Assembly (NCBI GenBank): GCA_040307715.1
Contig: JAWRJC010000026.1
Location: 14,571-78,570 of the forward strand
Direction: 5' to 3'
Origin: Clostridiales bacterium
GTDB taxonomy: Bacteria > Bacillota > Clostridia > Peptostreptococcales > Anaerovoracaceae
DNA: 64,000 bases
Shown in pieces: positions 9,519 to 17,371 of this stretch (its first letter is position 1; each line of letters starts with the position of its first letter). Both the position numbers and the translations under genes were made by a program. The notes below the pieces were generated by a model. It ran no database searches. It worked only from the letters and a program-made list of their open reading frames with translations, and was not told where the DNA came from.

Positions 9519-11531
9519 TTAAGACCTCCATAAACTGTAGGGATTGACGTCCGCTACGATGCTGTATGCTTTTCTTTCCTGTCTGTCCCGCTCGCGCAGA
9601 GCCATCAGGCGTTTTCTGTACTGATTGGTTTCCTCCGGCAGACTGCGGATCAGAAGACACTCTCTGTATTCCGTCACCGCCCGGTCGTATTCCAGCCCGC
9701 CTGCGGGAACGATATCCGCCGCACAGGCGCCCATCCGGATGAGATCACCGCGCCAGGTGCGCACAGCCTGCTGCAGCGCCTTCCGGTCTTTGCCGCCGAA
9801 GACGACCTGGATGATGTCCGTGAACGGCGGATAGCCGTACTGCCTGCGCCGCTCCAGTTCTTTTTCAAAGAATGCTTCGTAATCCTGCGCGGCTGCTGCC
9901 TGCACCGCATAGTGTCCGGGGGTGTAGGTCTGGATGATGACCTGCCCCTGCTCATCGCCGCGCCCCGCTCGCCCCGCCGCCTGCGTGACGAGCTGAAATG
10001 CCCGCTCCGGCGCCCGGTAATCCGGGATATTGAGGAGCACGTCGCAGGAGATGATCCCGACCAGCCCCACATTGCGGTAGTCCAGTCCCTTGGCGACTAC
10101 CTGCGTGCCTACAAGGATCCGGATCTGTCCCTGCGCGAACGCGTCGAGCGTTTTTTCAAGCGTCCCTTTGCGTTTCATCGCGTCGAGATCCAGTCTCGCG
10201 GCGGGCGCGTCCGGGAACAGCTGCCCGATCGTTTCGACGACTCTTTCCGTCCCGGTGCCGAACCCCTTGATGTACGTGCTGCCGCAGGAGGGGCAGCGCG
10301 CAGGGAGCGGTTCTCTGTGGTCGCAGTAGTGACAGACGAGCTGTCCGTCCCCCTTGTGGTACGTGAGGGAGATCCCGCACTTGGGACACTCCATCACATG
10401 ACCGCACGCGCGGCACGAGACGAACGTCTGATACCCGCGGCGGTTCATGAACAGGATCACCTGCTGCCCTTTGGAGAGCGTTTCCTCCATCGCCGTGTGA
10501 AGACGCCGGCTGATGACGGACGTATTGCCCGCCGCCAGTTCCGGCCGCATGTCCACGATCTCCATGCGCGGCAGTTTCACCTTGTTATATCTTTCTTTTA
10601 ATTCCAGCAGCGTGAAGATCCCGCGGCGGCTTCTCTCATAGGAGAGCACCGACGGTGTCGCGCTGCCCATCACGACGATCCCGCCGGATGGTTTGGTCCG
10701 TTTGATCGCGATCTCGAGTGTGTCATATTTCGGAGACATGTCGGACTTGTACGTACTCTCATGCTCCTCGTCGAGGATCACGATGCCGATGTCACGCAGC
10801 GGCGCGAAGACCGCGGACCTGGCGCCGACAACGATGCGCGCTTCGCCGCGCTGCACGCGCTGCCATTCGTCATACCGTTCCCCGGCGGACAGACGGCTGT
10901 GAAAAACCGCTATATTGTCTCTGCCGAACCGCCCCGCAAAGCGTTCGATGATCTGCTTGGTCAGCGAGATCTCCGGGACCAGCATGACCGCTGTTTTGCC
11001 GCGCTCCGTCACTTTCCGGATCAGCTGCATGTAGACTTCCGTCTTGCCGCTGCCCGTGACGCCTTTGAGCAGGAACAGTTCATGGCGGTCCGCCCCGATG
11101 CTCTGCTCCATTCTGGCGATCACGCGCGCCTGCTCGTCCGTCAGCGCATCGATGGGCTGCGGCTCCGCTGTGATCTTCGCCAGCGGATCGCGTTTTCTGC
11201 CGCGCGCGGATGGTTTGCCAGGCGCAAGGAACAGCTTGACCGCGTCCATATACCGGCACAGATACCGGCTGTGCATCCAGCGCGCCAGTTCCATGCTCTC
11301 CCTGCCAAGAGGCACATCCTCCGTCAGTTCAGCCACATTCTTCAGGCCTTTTACCGGCGCCGGCAGTGTATCCATCACATCGAACACATAAGCGTCCTTC
11401 AGCGCCTTCCCTTTGCCGAACGCGACCCGGACGTGGCTGCCCGGACAGACCTCGTCGAACGCACAGCGGTACGTATACAGATCGTCCGTCAGATGGCTCT
11501 TATTGTCGATCGTGACATTGACGTACTTCAT
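9519..11531 (-). CDS. priA: primosomal replication-restart helicase PriA
   Basis: Walker A (GVTGSGKTEVY), DEEH box, and Cys-rich zinc-binding insert (CRACGHVMECPKCGISLTYH...CHYCDH...CPSCGS). Confidence 0.92.
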   Translation of the reverse strand: MKYVNVTIDNKSHLTDDLYTYRCAFDEVCPGSHVRVAFGKGKALKDAYVFDVMDTLPAPVKGLKNVAELTEDVPLGRESMELARWMHSRYLCRYMDAVKLFLAPGKPSARGRKRDPLAKITAEPQPIDALTDEQARVIARMEQSIGADRHELFLLKGVTGSGKTEVYMQLIRKVTERGKTAVMLVPEISLTKQIIERFAGRFGRDNIAVFHSRLSAGERYDEWQRVQRGEARIVVGARSAVFAPLRDIGIVILDEEHESTYKSDMSPKYDTLEIAIKRTKPSGGIVVMGSATPSVLSYERSRRGIFTLLELKERYNKVKLPRMEIVDMRPELAAGNTSVISRRLHTAMEETLSKGQQVILFMNRRGYQTFVSCRACGHVMECPKCGISLTYHKGDGQLVCHYCDHREPLPARCPSCGSTYIKGFGTGTERVVETIGQLFPDAPAARLDLDAMKRKGTLEKTLDAFAQGQIRILVGTQVVAKGLDYRNVGLVGIISCDVLLNIPDYRAPERAFQLVTQAAGRAGRGDEQGQVIIQTYTPGHYAVQAAAAQDYEAFFEKELERRRQYGYPPFTDIIQVVFGGKDRKALQQAVRTWRGDLIRMGACAADIVPAGGLEYDRAVTEYRECLLIRSLPEETNQYRKRLMALRERDRQERKAYSIVADVNPYSLWRS

Positions 11532-11561
11532 CGCGCGCCCGCTCTTCGTCCTTCCCGTTTT

Positions 11562-12572
11562 CTACAGAAGCAGGATCCCCGCTTCTTCACACTCTTTGAT
11601 CATATCGTCCGGCCAGATGGATGCCTGCACTTCGCCGATGTGGGCCTTGCGCAGGAAGTACATGCACAGACGGCTCTGGCCGATGCCGCCGCCGATGGTG
11701 TACGGCAGTTCGCAGTTCAGGATCGCTTTGTGGAACGGCAGTTCCATGCGCTCTTCCTGCCCTTCCGCGATCAGCTGGCTGCGCATGCTGTTCTCGTCGA
11801 CACGGATGCCCATGGACGAGATCTCGAACGCTCTTCCGAGCACGTCGTTCCAAAGAATGATATCGCCGTTGAGTTCCCAGTCGTCGTAGTCCGCCGCACG
11901 GCCGTCGTGCTTTTCACCGGATTTCAGGCGGCCGCCGATCTTCTGGATGAAGACCGCCCGCTTTTCTTCGGTGATCGCGTCTTCTCTTTCCTTCGGCGTC
12001 TTGTCCGGATACATATCCTCCAGTTCCTGTGTCGTCACGAAGAAAATCTCATTGGGAAGATCGGTGCGGATCTCCGAATAGTGGCGGTTGACGAAATCAT
12101 TGAGGTTCTTAAGAGACAGATAGATGCGCTCGACCGTCGCCTTGAGATACGCCTCTGTACGCTCTTCCTTCTTGATCGCCTTCTCCCAGTCCCACTGGTC
12201 GACGTAGATCGAATGCAGGTTGTCGAGTTCCTCGTCGCGGCGGATGGCGTTCATATCGGTGTAAATACCGTGCCCCGGACGGATCCCGTAGCGGCCGATC
12301 GCCATGCGCTTCCATTTGGCCAGCGACTGTACGACTTCCGCCTTATGCTCTTCCATATCAAGAATCGTAAAATCGACCGTTCTTTCCACGCCGTTCAGGT
12401 TGTCGTTCAGACCGCTCTCGGGCAGTACGACCAGCGGAGCGCTGACACGGCGCAGGTTCAGGCCGTAAGCGATTTCCTGCTGAAAATAATCCTTGATCTT
12501 TTTGATCGCGCGCTGCGATTCCATGTAATCAAGAATCGGCGAGTAGTCTTCGGGGATGAATACTTTTGACAT
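11562..12572 (-). CDS. asnA: aspartate--ammonia ligase (asparagine synthetase A)
   Basis: 336 aa. Class-II aaRS-like AsnA signature (SAPLVV...GLNDNLNG...QWDWEK...GGGIGQSRL). Confidence 0.9.
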   Translation of the reverse strand: MSKVFIPEDYSPILDYMESQRAIKKIKDYFQQEIAYGLNLRRVSAPLVVLPESGLNDNLNGVERTVDFTILDMEEHKAEVVQSLAKWKRMAIGRYGIRPGHGIYTDMNAIRRDEELDNLHSIYVDQWDWEKAIKKEERTEAYLKATVERIYLSLKNLNDFVNRHYSEIRTDLPNEIFFVTTQELEDMYPDKTPKEREDAITEEKRAVFIQKIGGRLKSGEKHDGRAADYDDWELNGDIILWNDVLGRAFEISSMGIRVDENSMRSQLIAEGQEERMELPFHKAILNCELPYTIGGGIGQSRLCMYFLRKAHIGEVQASIWPDDMIKECEEAGILLL

Positions 12573-12622
12573 GGGGATTTCCTTTCTGTGACTGACTTCA
12601 CTTTCTTTCTAATTCACAATAA

Positions 12623-13333
12623 CTATTTATCGTCACGCTGAGCAGCTTCGTCGCAGCCCTCCCACTTGGAGAATCTGCAGCCGCAGTAGTTCTGCCGGTA
12701 AAGGCCGTACTTCTTTGACAGTTCGATGCTGCGCTTGAAGCCGTCCTTTTTCTTGAAGTTGGCATCCAGATAACTGATGCCGTACTGCGCGCCGAGCCGC
12801 TTGCCGATCGCGCTGATCGTCGCATAGTCCTTGTGCGGACTGACCGTCAGTGTCGTACCGAACACATCGTAATGCAGCAGGCTCGCCGTCTCGGCGGTCT
12901 TCTGCAGGCGCATGATGAAACAGACCCCGCATCTGGCCCCGCCTTCAGGCTCCTCCTCCAGTCCTTTGACCGCCGCAAGGAAACGCTCCGGATCATACGG
13001 TGCCTCCATAAAGGATACCCTGCCGGCCGTGCCGGGTTCCGCATTGAACTTCTGCAGAAATTCCATCTGCGCGGCCTTGCGCCGCTCGTACTCCGCCGGG
13101 TCATCGATGTTCGGGTTGTAGTAATAGACCGTGATATCGTAATCGCCGAGGAGACGCTCGATACAGGCTGTGCTGCAGGGCCCGCAGCAACTGTGCAGCA
13201 GGAGATGCGGCTTTGCGAGCTGTGTCTCTCTGTCAGACGGTGCAAGAAACAGATCATCCCGCTCCGCAGCGCCGTTTTCCAGTATGCAAGCGCCGCCAGG
13301 CGCAGTCTTTGTACCGTCTTTTTTATCCTGCAT
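12623..13333 (-). CDS. queH: epoxyqueuosine reductase QueH (DUF208)
   Basis: The pattern LLLHSCCGPCSTACIERL...YYYNPNI...CGVCF...YCGC is the QueH Cys pattern. An N-terminal extension of about 45 aa is present. Confidence 0.82.
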   Translation of the reverse strand: MQDKKDGTKTAPGGACILENGAAERDDLFLAPSDRETQLAKPHLLLHSCCGPCSTACIERLLGDYDITVYYYNPNIDDPAEYERRKAAQMEFLQKFNAEPGTAGRVSFMEAPYDPERFLAAVKGLEEEPEGGARCGVCFIMRLQKTAETASLLHYDVFGTTLTVSPHKDYATISAIGKRLGAQYGISYLDANFKKKDGFKRSIELSKKYGLYRQNYCGCRFSKWEGCDEAAQRDDK

Positions 13334-13367
13334 GGAAGTCCGTTCCTCTTCACAACAACTGCGGAAT

Positions 13368-13376
13368 ATTATACCA
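13368..13376 (-). promoter_or_regulatory. extended -10 element (TGgTATAAT) for queH
   Basis: The reverse complement of 13368-13376 is TGGTATAAT. It lies about 35 nt upstream of the queH ATG (13333). The -35 region would fall inside the start of the divergent radical-SAM gene. Confidence 0.5.
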
Positions 13377-13383
13377 TAGATGC

Positions 13384-14307
13384 ATGGAAAACACTACCCG
13401 GATCAACATGATCGGGCCCTGGCTCGAGGCGCATTTCGGAGGCAAAGTCGTCAAGCTCCCGCTCGACGGCGGCTTTACTTGCCCAAACCGCGACGGGACC
13501 TGCGGAACGGGCGGCTGCATCTTCTGTTCTCCGGCCGGTTCCGGAGAATCCGCTGTCCCCATCACAGAAGACACCGCAGCGTCTCACAAGCGTATTTCTC
13601 AGAAAATCGGAACCTTGCAGGAGAAGTGGCCGGAAGCGCAGCGATTCCTCGCCTACTTTCAGAATTATACATCCACCTATGCGCCGGCAGAACGGCTCCG
13701 CACGCTTTACGGGGCCGCCCTTTCCCATCAAGGCATCGCCGGGCTGGCCGTTGCGACGCGCCCCGACTGCCTGCCGGCGGAGGTGCTGGATCTGCTGTCC
13801 GAACTCAACGAGAGAACCTTCCTCTGGGTCGAGCTCGGGCTGCAGACCATCCACAGCGATACGATCAACCGCGGCTACCCGCTCGCAGTCTACGACCGGG
13901 CTGTACAGGTGCTCGAAGAACGCGGGATCCGCACTGTGACCCATCTGCTGTTCGGACTGCCCGGCGAATCGCGACGGGACATGCTCGACTCCGTGCGGTA
14001 TGTCTGCCGCAGAGGTCTCTTCGGGCTCAAATTCCATATGCTCAATGTCGTCAGGGGCTCCGCGCTTGCGGAAACGATGCCTGACTATCTGCCCTTCCGG
14101 TCGCCGGAGGACTACGTGGATCTCGTCGTGGACGCGCTCAAACTCGTGCCGCCGGAGATGACCATCCACCGGCTGACCGGCGACGTCCCCTACGGCGCAC
14201 TCATCAGTCCGCCCTGGGCATATCAGAAACGAACCGTCACCAATGCCATCCTGCACGAACTTAAGGCGCGTGACATCTGGCAGGGCATGGACCGGGAGAC
14301 TCCGTAG
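13384..14307 (+). CDS. TIGR01212-family radical SAM protein (YhcC/YtqA-like, function unknown)
   Basis: The sequence is GKVVKLPLDGGFTCPNRDGTCGTGGCIFCS...YFQNYTSTY. I chose the ATG at 13384; the track ORF from 13213 overlaps queH antisense. No obvious SD, so the start is uncertain. Confidence 0.78.
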   Translation: MENTTRINMIGPWLEAHFGGKVVKLPLDGGFTCPNRDGTCGTGGCIFCSPAGSGESAVPITEDTAASHKRISQKIGTLQEKWPEAQRFLAYFQNYTSTYAPAERLRTLYGAALSHQGIAGLAVATRPDCLPAEVLDLLSELNERTFLWVELGLQTIHSDTINRGYPLAVYDRAVQVLEERGIRTVTHLLFGLPGESRRDMLDSVRYVCRRGLFGLKFHMLNVVRGSALAETMPDYLPFRSPEDYVDLVVDALKLVPPEMTIHRLTGDVPYGALISPPWAYQKRTVTNAILHELKARDIWQGMDRETP

Positions 14308-14313
14308 ACACAC

Positions 14314-14342
14314 AAAAACCGGGAAACAGGTCCCGGTTTTTT
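14314..14342. terminator. bidirectional rho-independent terminator (radical-SAM gene / tdk)
   Basis: The sequence is AAAAACCGGGA-aacagg-TCCCGGTTTTTT. A 6-7 bp GC stem is flanked by an A-run and a T-run, between convergent genes. Confidence 0.8.
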
Positions 14343-14356
14343 GATCTCTCCATCGC

Positions 14357-14944
14357 TCACGCTTTCTCCGGGCCGGTCCGCCCGTCATTGTAGTGCTTTC
14401 TGCACAGCGGGATATACATATCCATCCCGCCGACCGCGATCTGCGGACCCTCTTTGACGAACTTGCCGTCCACGATGCGCGCGACCATTGTCGCCTTGCG
14501 GCCGCACCAGCAGATCGTCTTGATCTCCTCGATCTTGTCCGCATAGACCAGCAGGTAGTAAGAGCCTTCAAACAGCTCGTTGCGGAAGTCGTTCTTAAGG
14601 CCGTACGCCATGACCGGCACGTCGCAGCTGTCCACGATCTCTGTCATCTCGAGGATGTGATGCTTTTTGAGGAACTGGCACTCGTCGACGAGTACGCAGT
14701 CCACCGGATGGCGTTCATTTTCCTCCAGGAAGAGTTCGAGGATATTGGTGTCCTCATCCACGGGGATCGCTTCCCGCTCGAGGCCGACTCTGGATGTGAT
14801 GACGCCCACCCCGTTGCGGTCATCGACCGACGGTGTCAGACAAAGGACGCGCTTGCCCCGTTCCTCGTAGTTGTATGCCACCTTGAGAAGCTCGATCGAC
14901 TTCCCGGCATTCATCGTACTGTATTTATAGAATAGCTGTGCCAT
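14357..14944 (-). CDS. tdk: thymidine kinase
   Basis: The sequence is MAQLFYKYSTMNAGKSIELLKVAYNYEERGK...VDECQF...CWCGRKA...PLCRKHY. The ATG at 14944 has a GCAAGGAGAA SD. The longer track ORF (to 15076) reads into tRNA-Phe. Confidence 0.93.
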   Translation of the reverse strand: MAQLFYKYSTMNAGKSIELLKVAYNYEERGKRVLCLTPSVDDRNGVGVITSRVGLEREAIPVDEDTNILELFLEENERHPVDCVLVDECQFLKKHHILEMTEIVDSCDVPVMAYGLKNDFRNELFEGSYYLLVYADKIEEIKTICWCGRKATMVARIVDGKFVKEGPQIAVGGMDMYIPLCRKHYNDGRTGPEKA

Positions 14945-14962
14945 GGTTTCTCCTTGCGACGG

Positions 14963-14999
14963 AAAACAAAATAACCCCACGAGCATTGCTGGCGTGAGG
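14963..14999 (-). terminator. terminator-like hairpin between tRNA-Phe and tdk
   Basis: Minus-strand RNA is CCUCACG-(11 nt loop)-CGUGGGG: a 7 bp stem with one G.U pair, followed by UUAUUUUGUUUU. Only about 18 nt separate the U-tract from the tdk ATG. Confidence 0.55.
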
Positions 15000-15015
15000 C
15001 TACTTTGGAAGTAAG

Positions 15016-15091
15016 TGGTGCTCAGACTCGGAATTGAACCAAGGACACGGGGATTTTCAGTCCCCTGCTCTACCAACTGAGCTATCTGAGC
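15016..15091 (-). tRNA. tRNA-Phe (GAA)
   Basis: Cloverleaf read by hand. Anticodon loop CUGAAAA, GTTCAATTCC T-arm, encoded CCA. Confidence 0.9.
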
Positions 15092-15141
15092 AAGTCATAT
15101 TCAGTTTTAGCATATCCCACACCAACATGCAAGAGTTTTTT

Positions 15142-15217
15142 TGGTGGGCCATCAGGGATTTGAACCCGGGACCGACCGGTTATGAGCCGGGTGCTCTGAC
15201 CGCTGAGCTAATGGCCC
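15142..15217 (-). tRNA. tRNA-Met or tRNA-Ile2 (CAU); not an initiator type (G1:C72 paired)
   Basis: Anticodon loop CUCAUAA, acceptor GGGCCAT/ATGGCCC, encoded CCA. Confidence 0.85.
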
Positions 15218-15240
15218 ACATAGGCCGACCGTTTTTGCTT

Positions 15241-15317
15241 TGGTCGGAGTGACAGGATTTGAACCTGCGGCCCTCTGCTCCCAAAGCAGATGCGCTACCA
15301 AGCTGCGCCACACTCCG
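15241..15317 (-). tRNA. tRNA-Pro (UGG)
   Basis: Anticodon loop UUUGGGA, acceptor CGGAGTG/CACTCCG, encoded CCA. Confidence 0.9.
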
Positions 15318-15328
15318 ATGAAGAAGAT

Positions 15329-15404
15329 TGGCAGGGGCAGTAGGACTTGAACCCACGGCACGCGGTTTTGGAGACCGCTGCTCTACCAACTGAGCTATAC
15401 CCCT
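15329..15404 (-). tRNA. tRNA-Trp (CCA)
   Basis: Anticodon loop CUCCAAA, acceptor AGGGGTA/TGCCCCT, encoded CCA. Confidence 0.9.
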
Positions 15405-15447
15405 GCATCATTCGTCGGTACTGCAGCCAGTCAAACTGGATGTAGTA

Positions 15448-15538
15448 TGGCGGAGAAGATGGGATTCGAACCCATGCGGCCCTTGCGAACCCTAACGATT
15501 TAGCAAACCGTCCTCTTCAGCCTCTTGAGTACTTCTCC
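15448..15538 (-). tRNA. tRNA-Ser (GCU), class II with long variable arm
   Basis: Anticodon loop UUGCUAA, 91 nt, encoded CCA. Confidence 0.88.
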
Positions 15539-15552
15539 AAATCTGATTGAGT

Positions 15553-15641
15553 TGGCGGAGAGAGTGGGATTCGAACCCACGGCCCCTTTCGGAGTCACCG
15601 GTTTTCAAGACCGGCTCCTTAAACCACTCGGACACCTCTCC
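15553..15641 (-). tRNA. tRNA-Ser (UGA), class II
   Basis: Anticodon loop CUUGAAA, 89 nt, encoded CCA. Confidence 0.88.
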
Positions 15642-15671
15642 GCACAAGGCCGTCCTCTGGCTTTCAATAAA

Positions 15672-15747
15672 TGGTGACCCAACCGAGGCTCGAACTCGGG
15701 ACACCTTGATTAAAAGTCAAGTGCTCTGCCTACTGAGCTATTGGGTC
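15672..15747 (-). tRNA. tRNA-Lys (UUU)
   Basis: Anticodon loop CUUUUAA, acceptor GACCCAA/TTGGGTC, encoded CCA. Confidence 0.9.
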
Positions 15748-15775
15748 ATGATCACGTTGCTCCAGGAGCAATATA

Positions 15776-15852
15776 TGGCTGAGGTGGCAGGACTCGAACC
15801 TGCGAATGCCGGGATCAAAACCCGGTGCGTTAACCAACTTCGCCACACCCCA
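15776..15852 (-). tRNA. tRNA-Gln (UUG)
   Basis: Anticodon loop UUUUGAU, U1:A72 acceptor pair, encoded CCA. Confidence 0.88.
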
Positions 15853-15873
15853 TCACCGTCAAATTGGAAAAAA

Positions 15874-15950
15874 TGGCGAGCCCACAGGGATTCGAACCCC
15901 GGACACACGGCTTAGAAGGCCGTTGCTCTATCCGACTGAGCTATGGACCC
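15874..15950 (-). tRNA. tRNA-Arg (UCU)
   Basis: Anticodon loop CUUCUAA, encoded CCA. Confidence 0.88.
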
Positions 15951-16004
15951 GCATTACGACACGTTCCTGCTCCGCAGCGGGAGTGTGAAGTCGTCATATT
16001 CGGT

Positions 16005-16078
<74 letters not shown>

Positions 16079-16087
16079 ATATTGATT

Positions 16088-16109
16088 GGGAGCAATTTTC
16101 ATTGCTCCC
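16088..16109 (-). other. perfect 9 bp hairpin with a GAAA tetraloop in the spacer between the two tRNA-Gly genes
   Basis: Minus-strand RNA is GGGAGCAAU-GAAA-AUUGCUCCC. It lies between tRNA-Gly(GCC) and tRNA-Gly(UCC). Confidence 0.8.
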
Positions 16110-16117
16110 AGAATTGT

Positions 16118-16192
16118 TGGAGCGGAAGACGAGATTCGAACTCGCGACCCTCGCCTTGGCAAGGCGATGCTCTACCCCTGAGCCACTTCCGC
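16118..16192 (-). tRNA. tRNA-Gly (GCC)
   Basis: Anticodon loop UUGCCAA, acceptor GCGGAAG, encoded CCA. Confidence 0.9.
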
Positions 16193-16200
16193 ACATGTAT

Positions 16201-16285
16201 TGGTGGAGGAGAGTGGATTCGAACCACTGTAGGCGTAGCCAACGGATTTACAGTCCGCCCCCTTTAGCCACTCGGGCACTCCTCC
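16201..16285 (-). tRNA. tRNA-Tyr (GUA), class II
   Basis: Anticodon loop CUGUAAA, 85 nt, encoded CCA. Confidence 0.88.
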
Positions 16286-16319
16286 ATATGTGATACCCTT
16301 TGCGGGGGATAGACTGATT

Positions 16320-16395
16320 TGGAGCTGGCAAAGGGACTCGAACCCCCGACCTGCTGATTACAAATCAGCTGCTCTACCAACTGAGCTATGCCAGC
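16320..16395 (-). tRNA. tRNA-Thr (UGU)
   Basis: Anticodon loop UUUGUAA, acceptor GCTGGCA, encoded CCA. Confidence 0.9.
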
Positions 16396-16419
16396 ATATC
16401 GGCCTACCGAGAAAAAAAT

Positions 16420-16496
16420 TGGCGATCCGAACGGGGCTCGAACCCGTGACCTCCAGCGTGACAGGCTGGCATTCTAACCAACTGAACTACCGGACC
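16420..16496 (-). tRNA. tRNA-Asp (GUC)
   Basis: Anticodon loop CUGUCAC, encoded CCA. Confidence 0.88.
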
Positions 16497-16514
16497 GTAA
16501 TGTAACGCACTCGT

Positions 16515-16590
16515 TGGTGGGCGCTACAGGGCTCGAACCTGTGACCCCCTGCTTGTAAGGCAGGTGCTCTCCCAGCTGAGCTAAGCGCCC
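16515..16590 (-). tRNA. tRNA-Val (UAC)
   Basis: Anticodon loop CUUACAA, acceptor GGGCGCT, encoded CCA. First gene of the array. Confidence 0.9.
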
Positions 16591-16626
16591 CGGTAGGTCA
16601 TACCGACATACTCGGCACAGTTATGT

Positions 16627-16692
16627 ATCTTAACGGAAAGTCACGCACATGTCAAGGGGTTTTTTACAGTTAAATAAACATTTATTTTTGCG
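16627..16692 (-). promoter_or_regulatory. sigma-A promoter with an AT-rich UP-like element driving the 15-tRNA operon
   Basis: Minus strand reads TTGACA (16650-16655), a 17 nt spacer, then TAAGAT (16627-16632), about 35 nt upstream of tRNA-Val. It is preceded by AAAAATAAATGTTTATTTAACTGTAAAAAA (16660-16692). Confidence 0.7.
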
Positions 16693-16753
16693 CGGGATCG
16701 CACATGCGATCCGGCACCCCGGCTGTCAGCCGCGGCAAACATTTCATTTCCCG

Positions 16754-17371
16754 TTATCCGACAAAACAAACTGTTTCTTTGATCCTAAGATCCCCTTTCG
16801 TGATGCCGCGCAGGCGCTCCAAAAGATCCTCCTCCCGCTCCTTGTCCGTGGCGATCACCATTGTCACGTCCGCTGCGAACTGCTTGTCCTCGCAGCAATG
16901 CGCCCCCTCCTCCAGCAGGCGTTCGATCAGCGCCAGATGCGGGTACGCAAAGGAGACGGTCAGCCTGACCATTTCACGGGCTTCACGGATGCCCGCCGCT
17001 TCCACCGCCTGTTTGGCGGAACCGGTGTAAGCCCGCACCAGACCGCCGGTGCCGAGTTTGATACCGCCGAAATACCGGGTCACGACGAGCACCACATTGG
17101 TCAGCCCCTCCTTGACGAGATACTGGACCATCGGCGCGCCGGACGTGCCCTGCGGTTCGCCGTCGTCGCTCGCCCACTGGACCTGCATATTGTCACCGAT
17201 CACCATCGCCGGCACGTTGTGCGTCGCGTCTTTATACTGTTCGCGGACCGCGGCGAGAAATGCGTCCGCCTCCTCCCTGCTGCCGACCGGGCGCGCGTGC
17301 GCGATAAAGCGGGAACGTTCGACCACCTGCTCCACATGGACCTCTTTTGCAAGCGTTTTATAAAGTATCAT
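16754..17371 (-). CDS. yigZ: YigZ/IMPACT-family protein (UPF0029)
   Basis: The sequence is VVERSRFIAHARPV...ATHNVPAMVIG...DDGEPQGTSGAPM...VVTRYFGGIKLGTGGLVRAY. The ATG at 17371 overlaps the hflX 3' end by 14 nt. Confidence 0.85.
   Translation of the reverse strand: MILYKTLAKEVHVEQVVERSRFIAHARPVGSREEADAFLAAVREQYKDATHNVPAMVIGDNMQVQWASDDGEPQGTSGAPMVQYLVKEGLTNVVLVVTRYFGGIKLGTGGLVRAYTGSAKQAVEAAGIREAREMVRLTVSFAYPHLALIERLLEEGAHCCEDKQFAADVTMVIATDKEREEDLLERLRGITKGDLRIKETVCFVG

Noticed and set aside
16694-16715. Hairpin GGATCGC-acat-GCGATCC downstream of yigZ as its terminator.
   Set aside because: No U-tract follows on the minus strand; the sequence continues CGCGCAAAAAUAAA. It may still pause or terminate weakly, but I cannot support a terminator call.
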